Assembly: GCA_963514005.1 (NCBI GenBank)
Contig: OY740802.1
Location: forward strand, 10,416,001-10,480,000
Origin: Raja brachyura
Lineage: Eukaryota
Reading direction: 5' to 3'
DNA: 64,000 nt
Shown here: positions 51,209-62,830 of the stretch, piece after piece
Layout: each line of letters starts with the position of its first letter
Numbering within the stretch: position 1 is the stretch's first letter
Translations under genes and position numbers: made by a program
The notes under the pieces: generated by a model
The model's input: the letters and a program-made list of their open reading frames with translations, nothing else
Databases searched by the model: none
What the model was told of the DNA's origin: nothing

Positions 51209-51796
51209 TGTGCGGGGATCACTGGTCGGCGCGGACTCAGTGGGCCGAAGGGCCTGTTTCCGTGCTGTAACTCTAAACTAAACTAAACTAAGATGACTGC
51301 TGCTGACCAATTCTCTGTGAATCATCACACTGTTTAATGTTGTGGTTTCATACGCAGAAGTTGTACATTTGTATTTGTTCCACATTGTCCCAGGTAATAG
51401 ATTTTACTTCTGTGAACCATAGTTGCACTTGAATTTAATTTTTCCACTTTGTAATTGTTTTGGTTTGATTTGGTCTAACACAGACATTTACTACCAGGCA
51501 GACTACAATGGAAATACAAAGTGCCACATTTTCATTCACTTACTTTGGAAAATTCAAATAAAAATGATGGTGCACACCATCAACTTCCCACTTCCTCCAG
51601 TATGACTGTCTACTACACTTCATAAGTATCTTATTGACTATAAAATGGTAACGTCTGTGTCCTTAGAGAATGAAAGGCACGATAAAACCAAGTCATTCTT
51701 TTACTGAGGGAAATTGGCAGATATTGAAGACATTAGAGATCGCAGATGTTATGATTGTAGATTGAATGCTGAACATTGTTAGACTGCAAAATGCCA

Positions 51797-52107
51797 GTTT
51801 AGTTTAGTTTACAGGTACAGCGCGGAAACAGGCCCTTCGGCCCACCGAGTCTGCGCCGACCAGCGCTCCCCGCACACACTGACACTATCCTACACACACC
51901 AGGGACAATTTACAATTTTACCAACGCAATTAACCTTCAAACCTGTACATCTTTGAATTGTGGGAGGAAACCGGAGCACCCGGATGAAACCCACGCAGGT
52001 TACGGGGAGAACATACAAACTCCGTACAGACAGCGCCCATAGTTAGGATCGAACCCAGGTCTCTGGCGCTGTAAGGCAGCAACTCTACCGCAGCGCCACC
52101 ATGCTGC
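51797..52107 (-). mobile_element. HE1-type SINE
   Basis: Full-length reverse copy. Further copies near 1415, 3788, 4000, 5880, 6567, 7181, 23060, 28705, 35805, 41692, 45255, 45968, 50652, 53932, 56157, 57400 and 58522. Confidence 0.85.
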
Positions 52108-55100
52108 ATCTGGATGAACTCTGTGTGTCTTTATTGACAAATATGGTTCAATTGGTTTATTTATTATCATCTGTAACAAGGTACAGTGAAATATTTTAAT
52201 TGCACACAGATCAGCAAGCCTATCATAAGCACAATCCCCCAGATAGTACAGAATGTGCAGAACTGTCAACTGAGTCCATCTGCAAGAGGCGCCATTTTGA
52301 TGCCATTTTGACGCCATTTTACTGTCCTGGCCGTCGTTAGCCACAAAGGCTCATTGCAGCTGTCGCCTCCATTCCGGTCGCCCCACAAACCATCGTCCCT
52401 CTCCTCGCCCGGCCTCTTCAGCCCGTGTTCCCCAGGGCGTGCCACCTTGTGGGAGCGGAAGGTAAGACCCCCTGGTTCTCCATTCTGGGCCTAGTAAGGT
52501 TTCTGACGATGATGGTGATGGCAGTGAAATTCATTGTTCTTGCATAGAATGCACACAATAGAGTCGCCACAAAGGCGCAGACAAAGTTACAAAGGTACTC
52601 ATCCCTTCTTCGTACCCCTTTGTTCTTACAATAGGCAAAAAATGCTCATTGGGTGCTTCACAGGCAGCATCTGTCCTCAGGCCGAAGAAGGGCCTCGGCC
52701 TGAGACGTCACCCATTGCTTCTCTCCAGAGATGCTGCCTGTCCCGCTGCCTATTACTTCAGCATTTCGTGTCCACCTTCGGTGTTCCCGATGTTGGGGGA
52801 GTCCAGAACCAAGGACCACAGTTTAAGAATAAGGGGTAAGCCACTTAGAACGGAGACGAGGAAACACTTTTTCACGCAGAGAGTTGTGAGTCTGCGGAAT
52901 TCTCTGCCTCAGAGGGTGGGGGAGGCAGGTTCTCTGGATACTTTCAAGAGAGAGCTAGATTGGGCTCTTAAGGATAGAGGAGTCAGGGGAGAAGGCAGGA
53001 ACGGGGTACCGATTGTGGATGATCAGCCATGATCACATTGAATGGCGGTGCTGGCTCAAAGGGCCGAGTGGCCTACTCCTGCACCTATTGTCTAAACCAG
53101 CATCTGCAGTTCCTTCCTGCATTCATCACAAATGCTAGAACCCTCTTTGTTCTCGGCTGTCGTCCCCCCCCCCCCCGCCCTCCCCAGTTTGTCCCTCCCC
53201 CCTCACGCCAGGTTCCTCTTTGTCCATTCTTGTCATTGGTCTTTCAACGGTCGTGTTTTGCCAGCTTGGAAGTCAAATATCTGAAAAATGGGAAACTAAC
53301 ACTGTTCTGACAACAGCTCCAAAATATTCAGGTGACATCATTTCCAACCTGCCGTACCCAACCTCTTAGCACTCTCGGTGACTGATCAATTAGGCAGGCA
53401 AGTAATCACAATTAATCTTCGCGATGGCTTCTTGCACCAAGACTGACACTTAGCGAAAAACAATGTCCCCATGTCCAACAGAACTGCTCGTTCTGGTCCG
53501 GAGGCCAGAACAAAACACCTCACAAACCTGCTGCCTGTGACATATGTCTAAAATGCACCTTGTGTTGTTAGTCTGCAGGAAAACCCTCGCAGTGTGATAC
53601 CCTGATCTGAATATAGTTTGCCAACCAAATATAAACCGCCTTCTGTCATTTGCTGGCTAATGTGCTCTCAGTCAATACTTTGAGTCATTTGTAAATGTTA
53701 AGGAGTTCAGTGGGTGTTGAGAACAGATGATAGTTGGGACGTTCGATTAAACAATTCCACCGTGAAACGTCCGTATACAGAAGGTTCCGTTCATTCCATC
53801 GTCTTTAACATGTCTACAGTTTCTTATACAATAGCTGTCACCCAACCATTGCCTTTTCTCAGCAACTATGACGGAATCTAACTGCTTTTTACGTACGACA
53901 CTAGAGGCATAATGGTGTAGAAACACCCACTAGGGCGGCACAGCGGTAGAGCTGCTGCCTCACAGCGCCAGAGAGACCCGGGTTCGATCCTGACTACGGG
54001 TGCTACCTGTGTGGAGTTTGTATGTTTTCCCTGTGACCGCGTGGGTTTTCTCTGGGTGCACTGGTTTCCTCTCACACTCCAAATACATGCAAGTTTGAAG
54101 GATAATTTAATCGAGTTTAGTGAGGTACAGTGAAAAGCTTTTGTTGCGTGCTAACCAGACAGAATAAAGATAATGTATCATAACAATCGGGCCATCCACA
54201 GTGAACAGATACATGATAAAGTGCAAGATAAAGTCCAGCAAAGTCCGATTGAAGTCCGAGTCTACAATGAGGTAGAGATGAGGTACAGGACCCCTCTGTA
54301 GTTGGTGACAGAATGGTTCAGTCTGATAACAACTGGGAAGAAACAGTCCCTGAATCTGGAGGAGTTAACTGGCCATTGCAAATTGTCCCTTGTGTGTAAG
54401 ATAGAACTAGTACACAGGTGATCACTGGTTGGCATGGAAAGGGCCTCTTTCAACGCTGCTTGTCTAAACTAAACTGAACTAAAAATTCTTCAATAGTTGG
54501 GATGTTTGGATCTGTGATGGTCAGAGCCAAATTATAAATGATCGGTTTAGTTTCGTTTAGGGATACAGTGTGGAAACAGGCCCTTCGGCCCACCGAGTCC
54601 GCACCGACCAACAATCAACGCACATTAACTTTACCTTACACACACCAGGGACAATGTTTACATTGATACCAAACCATTTATACGTCTTTGATTAATGGAG
54701 ATTTTCCTGAACATTTGTGTCACTATTGGCTCATGCTGAGAACTCTGTCCTCGCCTTCTCCCATCAGTCTGTACCAGTCTGTGTTGCCCCCCTCTTAGTC
54801 TACTGGGTGGACCTATTCCAAGGGAAATGCATCAATATTTCAAGCTCACAGTGATCTAACGATAGCAGAGAATTCCTTCAGCGTCTGAACATCACTACCT
54901 GAAGGCTCCTCAACTTCAACCAATATTAAAAGCACCCAACATCTACAAAATTGCAGAAACATCAATATGGATTCAACTAGCAACTAACATATAATTAGTT
55001 ATTGATCTCTTTGATGAGTGCTGGTGGAGTCTCCTTCTCGCCGCTGGCCTTTATTTGGCTGTACATGATTAAGGAAGAACATTAGCCAGTTCTTGAGATT

Positions 55101-55143
55101 AAATTGGCAGCGCTGGCTTCAAATCGCCCCCCAGCATAACCTT

Positions 55144-55336
55144 AGATAGACACAAAAAACTGGAGTAACACAACAGGTCAGGCAGCATCTCTGTTTCAGG
55201 TCAAGACCCTTCTTCAGACTGAAGAAGGTCTCGACCCGAAACGTCATCCATTCCTTTTCTCCAAAGTTGCTGTCTGACCCGCTGACTTACTCCATCTTCG
55301 TTTTAAACCAGCACCTGCAGTTCTTTCCTGCACCCT
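55144..55336. mobile_element. Penelope-derived fold-back element
   Basis: Back-to-back cores (cttcttcagactgaagaagg); TSD GCATAACCTT (55134-55143, 55337-55346). Confidence 0.8.
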
Positions 55337-55543
55337 GCATAACCTTGTTGGCCACGGTAGGTGATATCAAGTAGAACTGTTGCAGGATATCTAACACAAT
55401 GAGGAGGATTTGACCCTCTGTTAGGCTGAGTTCTTATCAACTCCCACTCGTAGAGTCATAGAGTCATTGAGACAAACAGCATGGAAATAGGCCCTTCAGC
55501 CCAACTTGCCCACACCAACCAACAAGTCCCATCTACACTAGTC

Positions 55544-55708
55544 NNNNNNNNNNNNNNNNNNNNNNNNNNNNNNNNNNNNNNNNNNNNNNNNNNNNNNNNN
55601 NNNNNNNNNNNNNNNNNNNNNNNNNNNNNNNNNNNNNNNNNNNNNNNNNNNNNNNNNNNNNNNNNNNNNNNNNNNNNNNNNNNNNNNNNNNNNNNNNNNN
55701 NNNNNNNN
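55544..55708. other. Assembly gap (165 N)
   Basis: Run of N followed by (CTAT/CCAT)n simple repeat. Confidence 1.
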
Positions 55709-55754
55709 ATCTATCCTTCCATCTATCTATCCTTCCATCTATCCATCCTTCCAT

Positions 55755-55860
55755 CTATCCATCCTTATCTAAAACTCTCATCTTGACCACTTCCTGTTTA
55801 CGTTTAAATTTGCCCATAGTGTTAAGATTTTTCGTCACCTTACTCACTATTTTCCTTTGC
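55755..55860 (+). mobile_element. Helitron 5'-end fragment, related family
   Basis: aaaactctcatcttgaccacttcctgttt matches the 5' end of the 29007-30517 element. Confidence 0.55.
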
Positions 55861-56507
55861 TGCAAGTCAAATAAGTTTTGTTCCGAGGGGGGTTTGGGAG
55901 AGGGGGGCTGTGGGGGAGGGGGAACCTTGAAAACCTTCATAACCTCCACACATTGAAGCCAAACAATCTTGTCACAAGGTCAAGGGTTATGGTGAGATGG
56001 CAGGATAATGGGGTTGAGAGGGAAAGTTAGATCAGCCATGATTGAATAGCAGAGTAGACTTGATTGGAGGAGTTGACAAACGGCCTAATTCTGCTCCTAT
56101 GAACATGACCACCACAATTCCCTCCACAATTGTCGCATCATTTTGGCCTGTCTTTAGGACTGCACAGTGGCGCAGTGGTAGAGTTGCTGCCTTACAGCGT
56201 CGAACACCCCGGTTTGATCCTAACTACGAGTGCCGTCTGTACAGAGTTTGCACGTTCTCCCCGTGACCTCGTGCGTTTTTCTCTGGGAGCTCTGGTTTCC
56301 TCCCACACTCCAAAGATGCACAGGCCTGCAGGTTAATTGGCTTTGGTTGTAAATTTCCTCATGGTGATAGTGGACAGGGATCGCTGGTCGGTGCGGACTC
56401 GGTAGGCCGAAGGGCCTGGTTTCCGTGCTGTATATCTGATCTAAAACTAAAACCTGTCCATTCCCTCCACACATGGCATATCATTTTTGGTCTGTCTTTA
56501 ACATAGA

Positions 56508-56882
56508 AAAATAGAAACATAGAAAATAGGTGCAGGAGTAGGCCATTCATCCCTTCGAGCCTGCACCGCCATTCAATATGATCATGGCTGATCATCCAAC
56601 TCGGTATCCTGTACCTGCCTTCTCTCCATACCCCTTGATCCCTTTAGCCACAAGGGCTACATCTAACTCCCTCTTAAATATAGCCAATGAACTGGCCTCA
56701 ACTACCTTCTGTGGCAGAGAATTCCACAGATTCACCACTCTCTGTGTAAAAAATGTTTTTCTCATCTCGGTCCTAAAAGACTTCCCCCTTATCCTTAAAC
56801 TGTGACCCCTTGTTCTGGACTTCCCCAACATCGGGAACAATCTTCCTGCATCTAGCCTGTCCAACCCCTTAAGAATTTTGTA
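56508..56882 (-). mobile_element. CR1 LINE 3' fragment
   Basis: ORF 56894-56592 YKILKGLDRLDAGRLFP..RTRGHSLRI..WNSLP; (TTTCTATG)n-type tail. Confidence 0.85.
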
Positions 56883-59439
56883 AGCAGGTATCATTTAAGC
56901 AGGTATCATTGAACAACAAGAACTCAAGAAGGTCTCGATTGATAATGCACTGGCTGATATCAGAACACTCAGAGCAATTCTAACGAATCCTTTCTTATAA
57001 TCACTGAATTCATTCAACTCCGACCAAACCTTTAATTGTTTATGACTCATCCACTGAGTGCGTTCTTTGGGAATTCTGAATTACAAGTCGTCTTTTTAAA
57101 AAAACAAACAAATAATTAGGCTATAGTGAAATTTAACAAAATATTCACTGGGGATACATCTGAATGCAAAGTTTATTCTGGTAATCACAAACAACTTGAT
57201 GACCTCTTTACAATTTTGTCACACAGATTGCTGAATACAATCTATGCTGCCTCATTCCCCACGGAGTTCCCTGCTAGCATTTGTGCACAACAGGAATATC
57301 TTCCTCCGAGTCCTTTTTAATCAATCCTTAGAACGTTTCTGCTTCATAAGAATTACCTGCGATTAAGCTGTTCTCTGATGTTCAATGTTCTCCCACTTTC
57401 TCATCCACTCCTCACATGCTGGGGGCAATTTACGGAGGGCCAATTAACCTACAAACCCCCGCACGTCTTTGGGGTGTGGGAGGAAACCGGAGCACCCGGT
57501 GGAAACCCACGCGGTCACAGGGAGAACGTGCAACCTCCACACAGACAGCACCTGAGGTCAGGATTGAACCCGGATCTCTGGCGCTGTGAGGCAGCAGCTC
57601 TGCCCGCTGTGCCGCTGTGTCACGGTTCAATAATAGACTGAGAGATTATATAGCTCTGAGCACAGATTCCCAAGAATGGTAGCATCGCACATTATTTCTC
57701 TGCAGATTTTAAGTTGTTTTCCCCCGCTCCGATCATTTCCTGTTCTCTGCATTCTTATTTTAATCTGACTTTTTTCTTCAGCGTATTAACCTGAGGTACA
57801 GTAGTGAGATTGAGAATGCGGAGAAGCAGGAGCAAGTTGGTACATTATAGGAACATTCCCTGCTTCATTGCATTCTCAGGACCACAAGAGGACAGAAAGA
57901 GATGCAGCACATCCCACACCAAGAGCCACATGTAAAAAAAAAACAGCTGGGAAATAGATTGAATGATTGAGTGAAAGATTCAGCATGGAAGCAGGCAGAA
58001 CGTGCAAACTCCACATGGACAGCTCCCGAGGTCAGGATTGAACCTGGGTCTCTGGAGCTGTGAGGCAACTACTCCACCAGCTGTACCACCCAGCCAATCA
58101 TTCAGTAGATGTGAAAGGTCCAATTAAAACAAAAAATATTTCTTTCTTAAGAAATGTATTGCCATTCCGCTTTGTGAATGTATGAATCTGGTTTTACCAC
58201 TTAAATTGCTTTTAATTAATTATGTAACTATTCTCTCGTTGATTGTGTTTAATTCAAAATGGCACTCAGAAGATGGGTTGTAAAATTGGATCAAATAGTG
58301 CGAGTTTCTTAATTACAATGCCAATCATTCCCCTACAATTTCTTTAGTGGATTCGAAACATGGTTTTTTCACCACACGGTAGGAAGAATAAGATTAAGTT
58401 AGAAGAGATGCAGAATAGAGTCCCCGGGATATATGCTGGATTAGAGGGAATGAGTATCAGGCGAGTTTGGAAAAGCTGTATCTGGATGGGCAGTTCCACA
58501 ATAGACATCTGGAAAATAAATAGGGGCAGCACTGTGGCACAGTGCTAGAGTTGTTGCCTTACAGTGCCAGTGACCCAGGTTCGATCCTGACATCGGGTGC
58601 TGTCTGTAAGGAATTTGTATGTTGTCCCCATGACCTGCGTGGGTTTTCTCCAGGTGCTCCAGTTTCCTCCCACACTCCAAAATCGTACAGGTTTGTAGGC
58701 TAATTAGCTTGGTAAAATTGTGAATTGTCCCCAATGTGTGCAAGATAGTGTCAATGTGTGGGGACCGCTGGTCGGCGCGGACTAGGTGGGCCAAAGGGCC
58801 TGTTTCCACGCTGTATCCCTGACCTAAACTAAACTCATCTAAAATTAGAAGAGGCATAAATCAGTGATGATTAATCAACAAACTGAAAAAAATTGAATAC
58901 CCTAATTCTATTGCACTCTCATTCTGCTCCCATTTCTTGTTTACACTGTGCTGTGCGGAGGGAGCTAAAGGATTAAGTTCTAAAAAACTGAAGGAGCAGA
59001 GATACAGTTCCATATCAGGATAGTGTGTAAAGTGGCCTTCGATCCAAGACAAACTAAGAGGCAGTTGCTGCCCTTGTCCTATTAGGCAGTAGAAATCGTG
59101 GGTTTTAAGGTGTTGTCTGGATGACCTAAACGAGAAACCGACAATGCATTTTGTAGATGATACAGAGTGCATCTGGTCTCATTCCTGTTCAGTCAAGGGT
59201 TTCCAGAGGTTTACAATAACTTCCAGAAGGTGAGGAGGTGATGAGAATCCCATATATTAACAGTTGCAGCTCATGTTTAAGTGACAATGCAGTGTGCTTG
59301 GTTGTGTTGCAGCATTAATTTTACTTGCTACCTATTGAGGATTACAATATGTTTTTTTTCCAGTGTCATGCAATCTCTCCCACTTTAGTGTTTCCAAAAA
59401 TTGATGTCAAATACTTGAAGTCAAATAACAAGACTCCAT

Positions 59440-59565
59440 CACGAAGGGTTACGGCCCGAAACGTTGCCTATTTCCTTCGCTCCATAGATGCTGCTGCACC
59501 CGCTGAGTTTCTCCAGCACTTTTGTGTACCTTCGATTTTCCAGCATCTGCAGTTCCTTCTTAAAC
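59440..59565 (+). mobile_element. Penelope-derived solo pLTR unit
   Basis: 12-bp TSD ACAAGACTCCAT (59428-59439, 59566-59577). Confidence 0.8.
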
Positions 59566-59739
59566 ACAAGACTCCATTAAATTATCAGCTGAATATATCT
59601 GTAGGAAATATAGCAGCATATTAGATTGACACTATCTTGGGTGGCACAGTAGAGTTGCTGCCTCACAGCAGAAGAGACTTGGATTCGATCCTGACTATGG
59701 CTGCTGTCTGTACGTTCTCCCGGTGATGGAAGATATAAC

Positions 59740-60095
59740 ATATAAGATTGTTAAGGGTTTGGACACGCTAGAGGCAGGAAACATGTTCCCGATGTTGGGG
59801 GAGTCCAGAACCAGGGGCCACAGTTTAAGAATAAGGGGTAAGCCATTTAGAACGGAGACGAGGAAACATTTTTTCTCACAGAGAGTTGTGGAATTCTCTG
59901 CCTCAGAGGGTGGTGGAGGCAGGTTCTCTGGATACTTTCAAGAGAGAGCTAGATAGGGCTCTTAAATATAGCGGAGTCAGGGGATATGGGGGGAAGGCAA
60001 GAACGGGGTACTGATTGGGGATGATCAGCCATGATCACATTGAATGGCGGTGCTGGCACGACAGGCCGAAGACCTACTCCTACTCCTATTGACTA
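59740..60095 (+). mobile_element. CR1 LINE 3' fragment
   Basis: YKIVKGLDTLEAGNMFPMLGESRTRGHSLRI; similar copies at ~52783-53090 and ~63435-63680. Confidence 0.8.
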
Positions 60096-61399
60096 TTGAT
60101 CACATGTGGTTTCTCCGGTTGCTGCTGTTTCCTCCCACATCCCAAAGACGTGCAGGTTTGTATGTTAATTGGCTGCTGTAAATTGGCCCTTGTGATCAGG
60201 ATGCAAAAGTAGGATAACACAGAAGTAATGTACGGGGTGATTGCTGATCGGCGCCGGCTCTGTGGGCCAAAGGGGCAGTTTCCACGCTGTATCTCTAAAC
60301 TAATCTTTAGGTATATACATATACATACCAGGATTCCAGCATCTGTAGTATCTTGTGCCTCCACCTCTAAATACAACTGTATTGACATCTCCAGTGAAAG
60401 AATTCCTCAACTAAACCTACAGCAAGTGCTGGACGTGTCAAATTGGTTGCTCTAAGGTTGTTATTTCCTTAAGCATGTGAATAGTTGCTGTCGGGACTGA
60501 AACAATGTTTGTGACAAGTTCCAGTGTGGCATGCTGCCTTCATGAGGAGTCCCTGCATCCTCAGAGAACATTTATCCCAGACTTTAAATGAAGATAGGGT
60601 GCCAAGAAATCACAGCCAGCAAAGACATGGCCAGTGTCAGGCAGCAGTGTGAGTAAATATAACTCGCAATTAATTGCAATGCTCAGCCTGACAATTTACA
60701 CAGAGTGTGGGGGCAGAGGGAGGGGGGGGGGGGGGGGGGGGGAGGACGGTGGTATGTGCATGGAACCAGCTGCCAGTGGGGGTTGTTGAGGCAGCTACTA
60801 TCTCAACGTATAATGAACATTTCGACAGGTACATGGGTGGGAAGGAACTGCAGATGCTGGTTTACACTGAAGATAGACACAGCAGGACAGGCAGCATCTC
60901 TGGAGAGAAGGAAGGAGAGAGACTGAAGAAGGGTCTCGACCCGAAATGTCACCCATTCCTTCTATCAAGAGATGCTGCCTGACCCGCTGAATTACTCCAG
61001 CATTTTGTGTTTGCCAATGATAAGGTACAGACAAGAACATAAGGGTAAAAAATAGTTCATGCAAAAATGATCATGAGGAAAAACTAGCCTAATAACTAGG
61101 GAACTGCAGAGATCAAACATGGCAGGCCAATCCCTGATTGGAGAAGGGTCTCAACCCAAAACGTTACCTATTCCTTTTTTCTCCAAAAATGTTGCCTGAC
61201 CTGTTGAGTTACTCCAGCATTTGTCATCCATCCCTGACTGGGATTGTTGGGAATCACCAAGGTCACACCAAAGGGTGGAAGGCCTTCAAAGACAGATTGA
61301 ATGGAGGGCGATGCTTTCTCAAGTGAATAGTGTTATTAAAAAGCAGGGCACAAGGAGTGGCTTTTGATAAGTCTGCAGCACTGGCAAATCTTTATCAGG

Positions 61400-61885
61400 A
61401 TGCATCAGAGCATGGTTTGGGAACAGCCTCATCCAGGATCGCAAGAAATTTCCCAAGACCATCACACAAACCAACCTCCTTTCCATTGACTCCATCTACA
61501 CTTCTTGCTGCCTCGGCAAGGCCAGCAGCATAATCAAGGACCAGTCTCACCCAGGTCACTCTTCTCCCCTCTCCCATCAGGCAAGAGGTAGAGAAGTGAA
61601 AACACACACCTCCAGATTCAGGGACACTTTCTTCCCTGCTGTTATCAGGCAACTGAACCATCCTATCAACAACTAAAGAGCGTTTTTGAGCTACTATCCA
61701 CCTCTTTGGTGACCCTCAGACTCTTTAATTGGACATTTTCTTGCACTAAATATTACTCCCTTTATCCTGTATCTGTACACTCTGGGCAGCTCAGTTGTAA
61801 TCAGGTATTGTCGTTCCGCTGACTGGTTATCACGCAACAAAAGCTCTTCACTGTACCTCAGTCCATGTGCCAATAAACTAAACTA
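61400..61885 (+). mobile_element. Rex1/Babar-type LINE 3' fragment
   Basis: Homologous to the 26720-27247 segment; ends aataaactaaacta. Confidence 0.7.
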
Positions 61886-62295
61886 GACATTCAAAGATAC
61901 TCAAAGCCACTTGCACCCAAAACCCATGAGAATAGTGAGCTGAGGAGCCACAAGGTGAAGTAATGGCAGATGATAACTGACCACACAGTATTGGGGCATT
62001 GTAATATTGTGTTTTTTTGATTTGGATCACACGCTGAGAGATAGGCTCATGCAAGGATGAACAAGCCAAGTCTTAAGTTACTAAACTTGCAATAACTAAC
62101 ATTGCAAGTTTCAGAACATAGCATGCAGAGGAGCTTATAAAAAATGCGAAGATGTTTTGGGCAGTGTAGGTAGTTTGTGTAAGTGCTGTACATGGACTAA
62201 TGGTAAGAAATAAAACAGGGGACGGTCTTGCATTAAAGTCTGTGACTTGTGAACACAAATGACAGAACGATACTCTTGCAGGAAACCTTGCTCTG

Positions 62296-62309
62296 GTTGC
62301 CATGGAGAC
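62296..62309. promoter_or_regulatory. RFX X-box motif
   Basis: GTTGCCATGGAGAC, a close match to the RFX consensus GTTNCCATGGNAAC, in repeat-free sequence. Confidence 0.4.
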
Positions 62310-62748
62310 CCTCAGCTCAACCCTGTTGGTTTAGAGCTGCAAACTGCTTTAATTGCCAAATTCAAGGGTAAATCGCCTCTGTGCGTGAGGCTCGGAAGAA
62401 GACAAGTGAAACAGAATAGCGCAGGGTCCTAACGAGAGGGGAACATCTACAGTGGAGCAACACAGGAGGGAGGTTTACACAACATAGTTGAACAGTGCAT
62501 GGAGCACAGTTTGGATGTTGTACGTATGCTGCCAACCGCGATACTGAAAATCACAGGAGTAGCTTGAAAATGAACGCAAGAATTATTAATCATGAAAATT
62601 GACATTGACGTAGACTGCACTATCATGGAAAGGGATAGATATAATAAAGAGTTAGAAATGAGAAGCTATAATTAAAAGATTAACTTTAAACTAAAGGACG
62701 TGATAAGTATTCCTCAAGTTTAAGAGCCAAGAGAGTTTTATTGTCATA

Positions 62749-62830
62749 TTAGACCAAGTGGGACTCTTGGGTACCATGCCCTCAATGCGCAGTTGCGGAG
62801 GGGGGGTGGGGGGGAGGGGGCTGCAGCACC
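62749..62830 (-). mobile_element. Helitron 3'-end fragment (degenerate)
   Basis: ttagaccaagtgggactcttgggtaccatg resembles ctagactaagtgggacctgttgggtcccatg at 29007. Confidence 0.5.
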
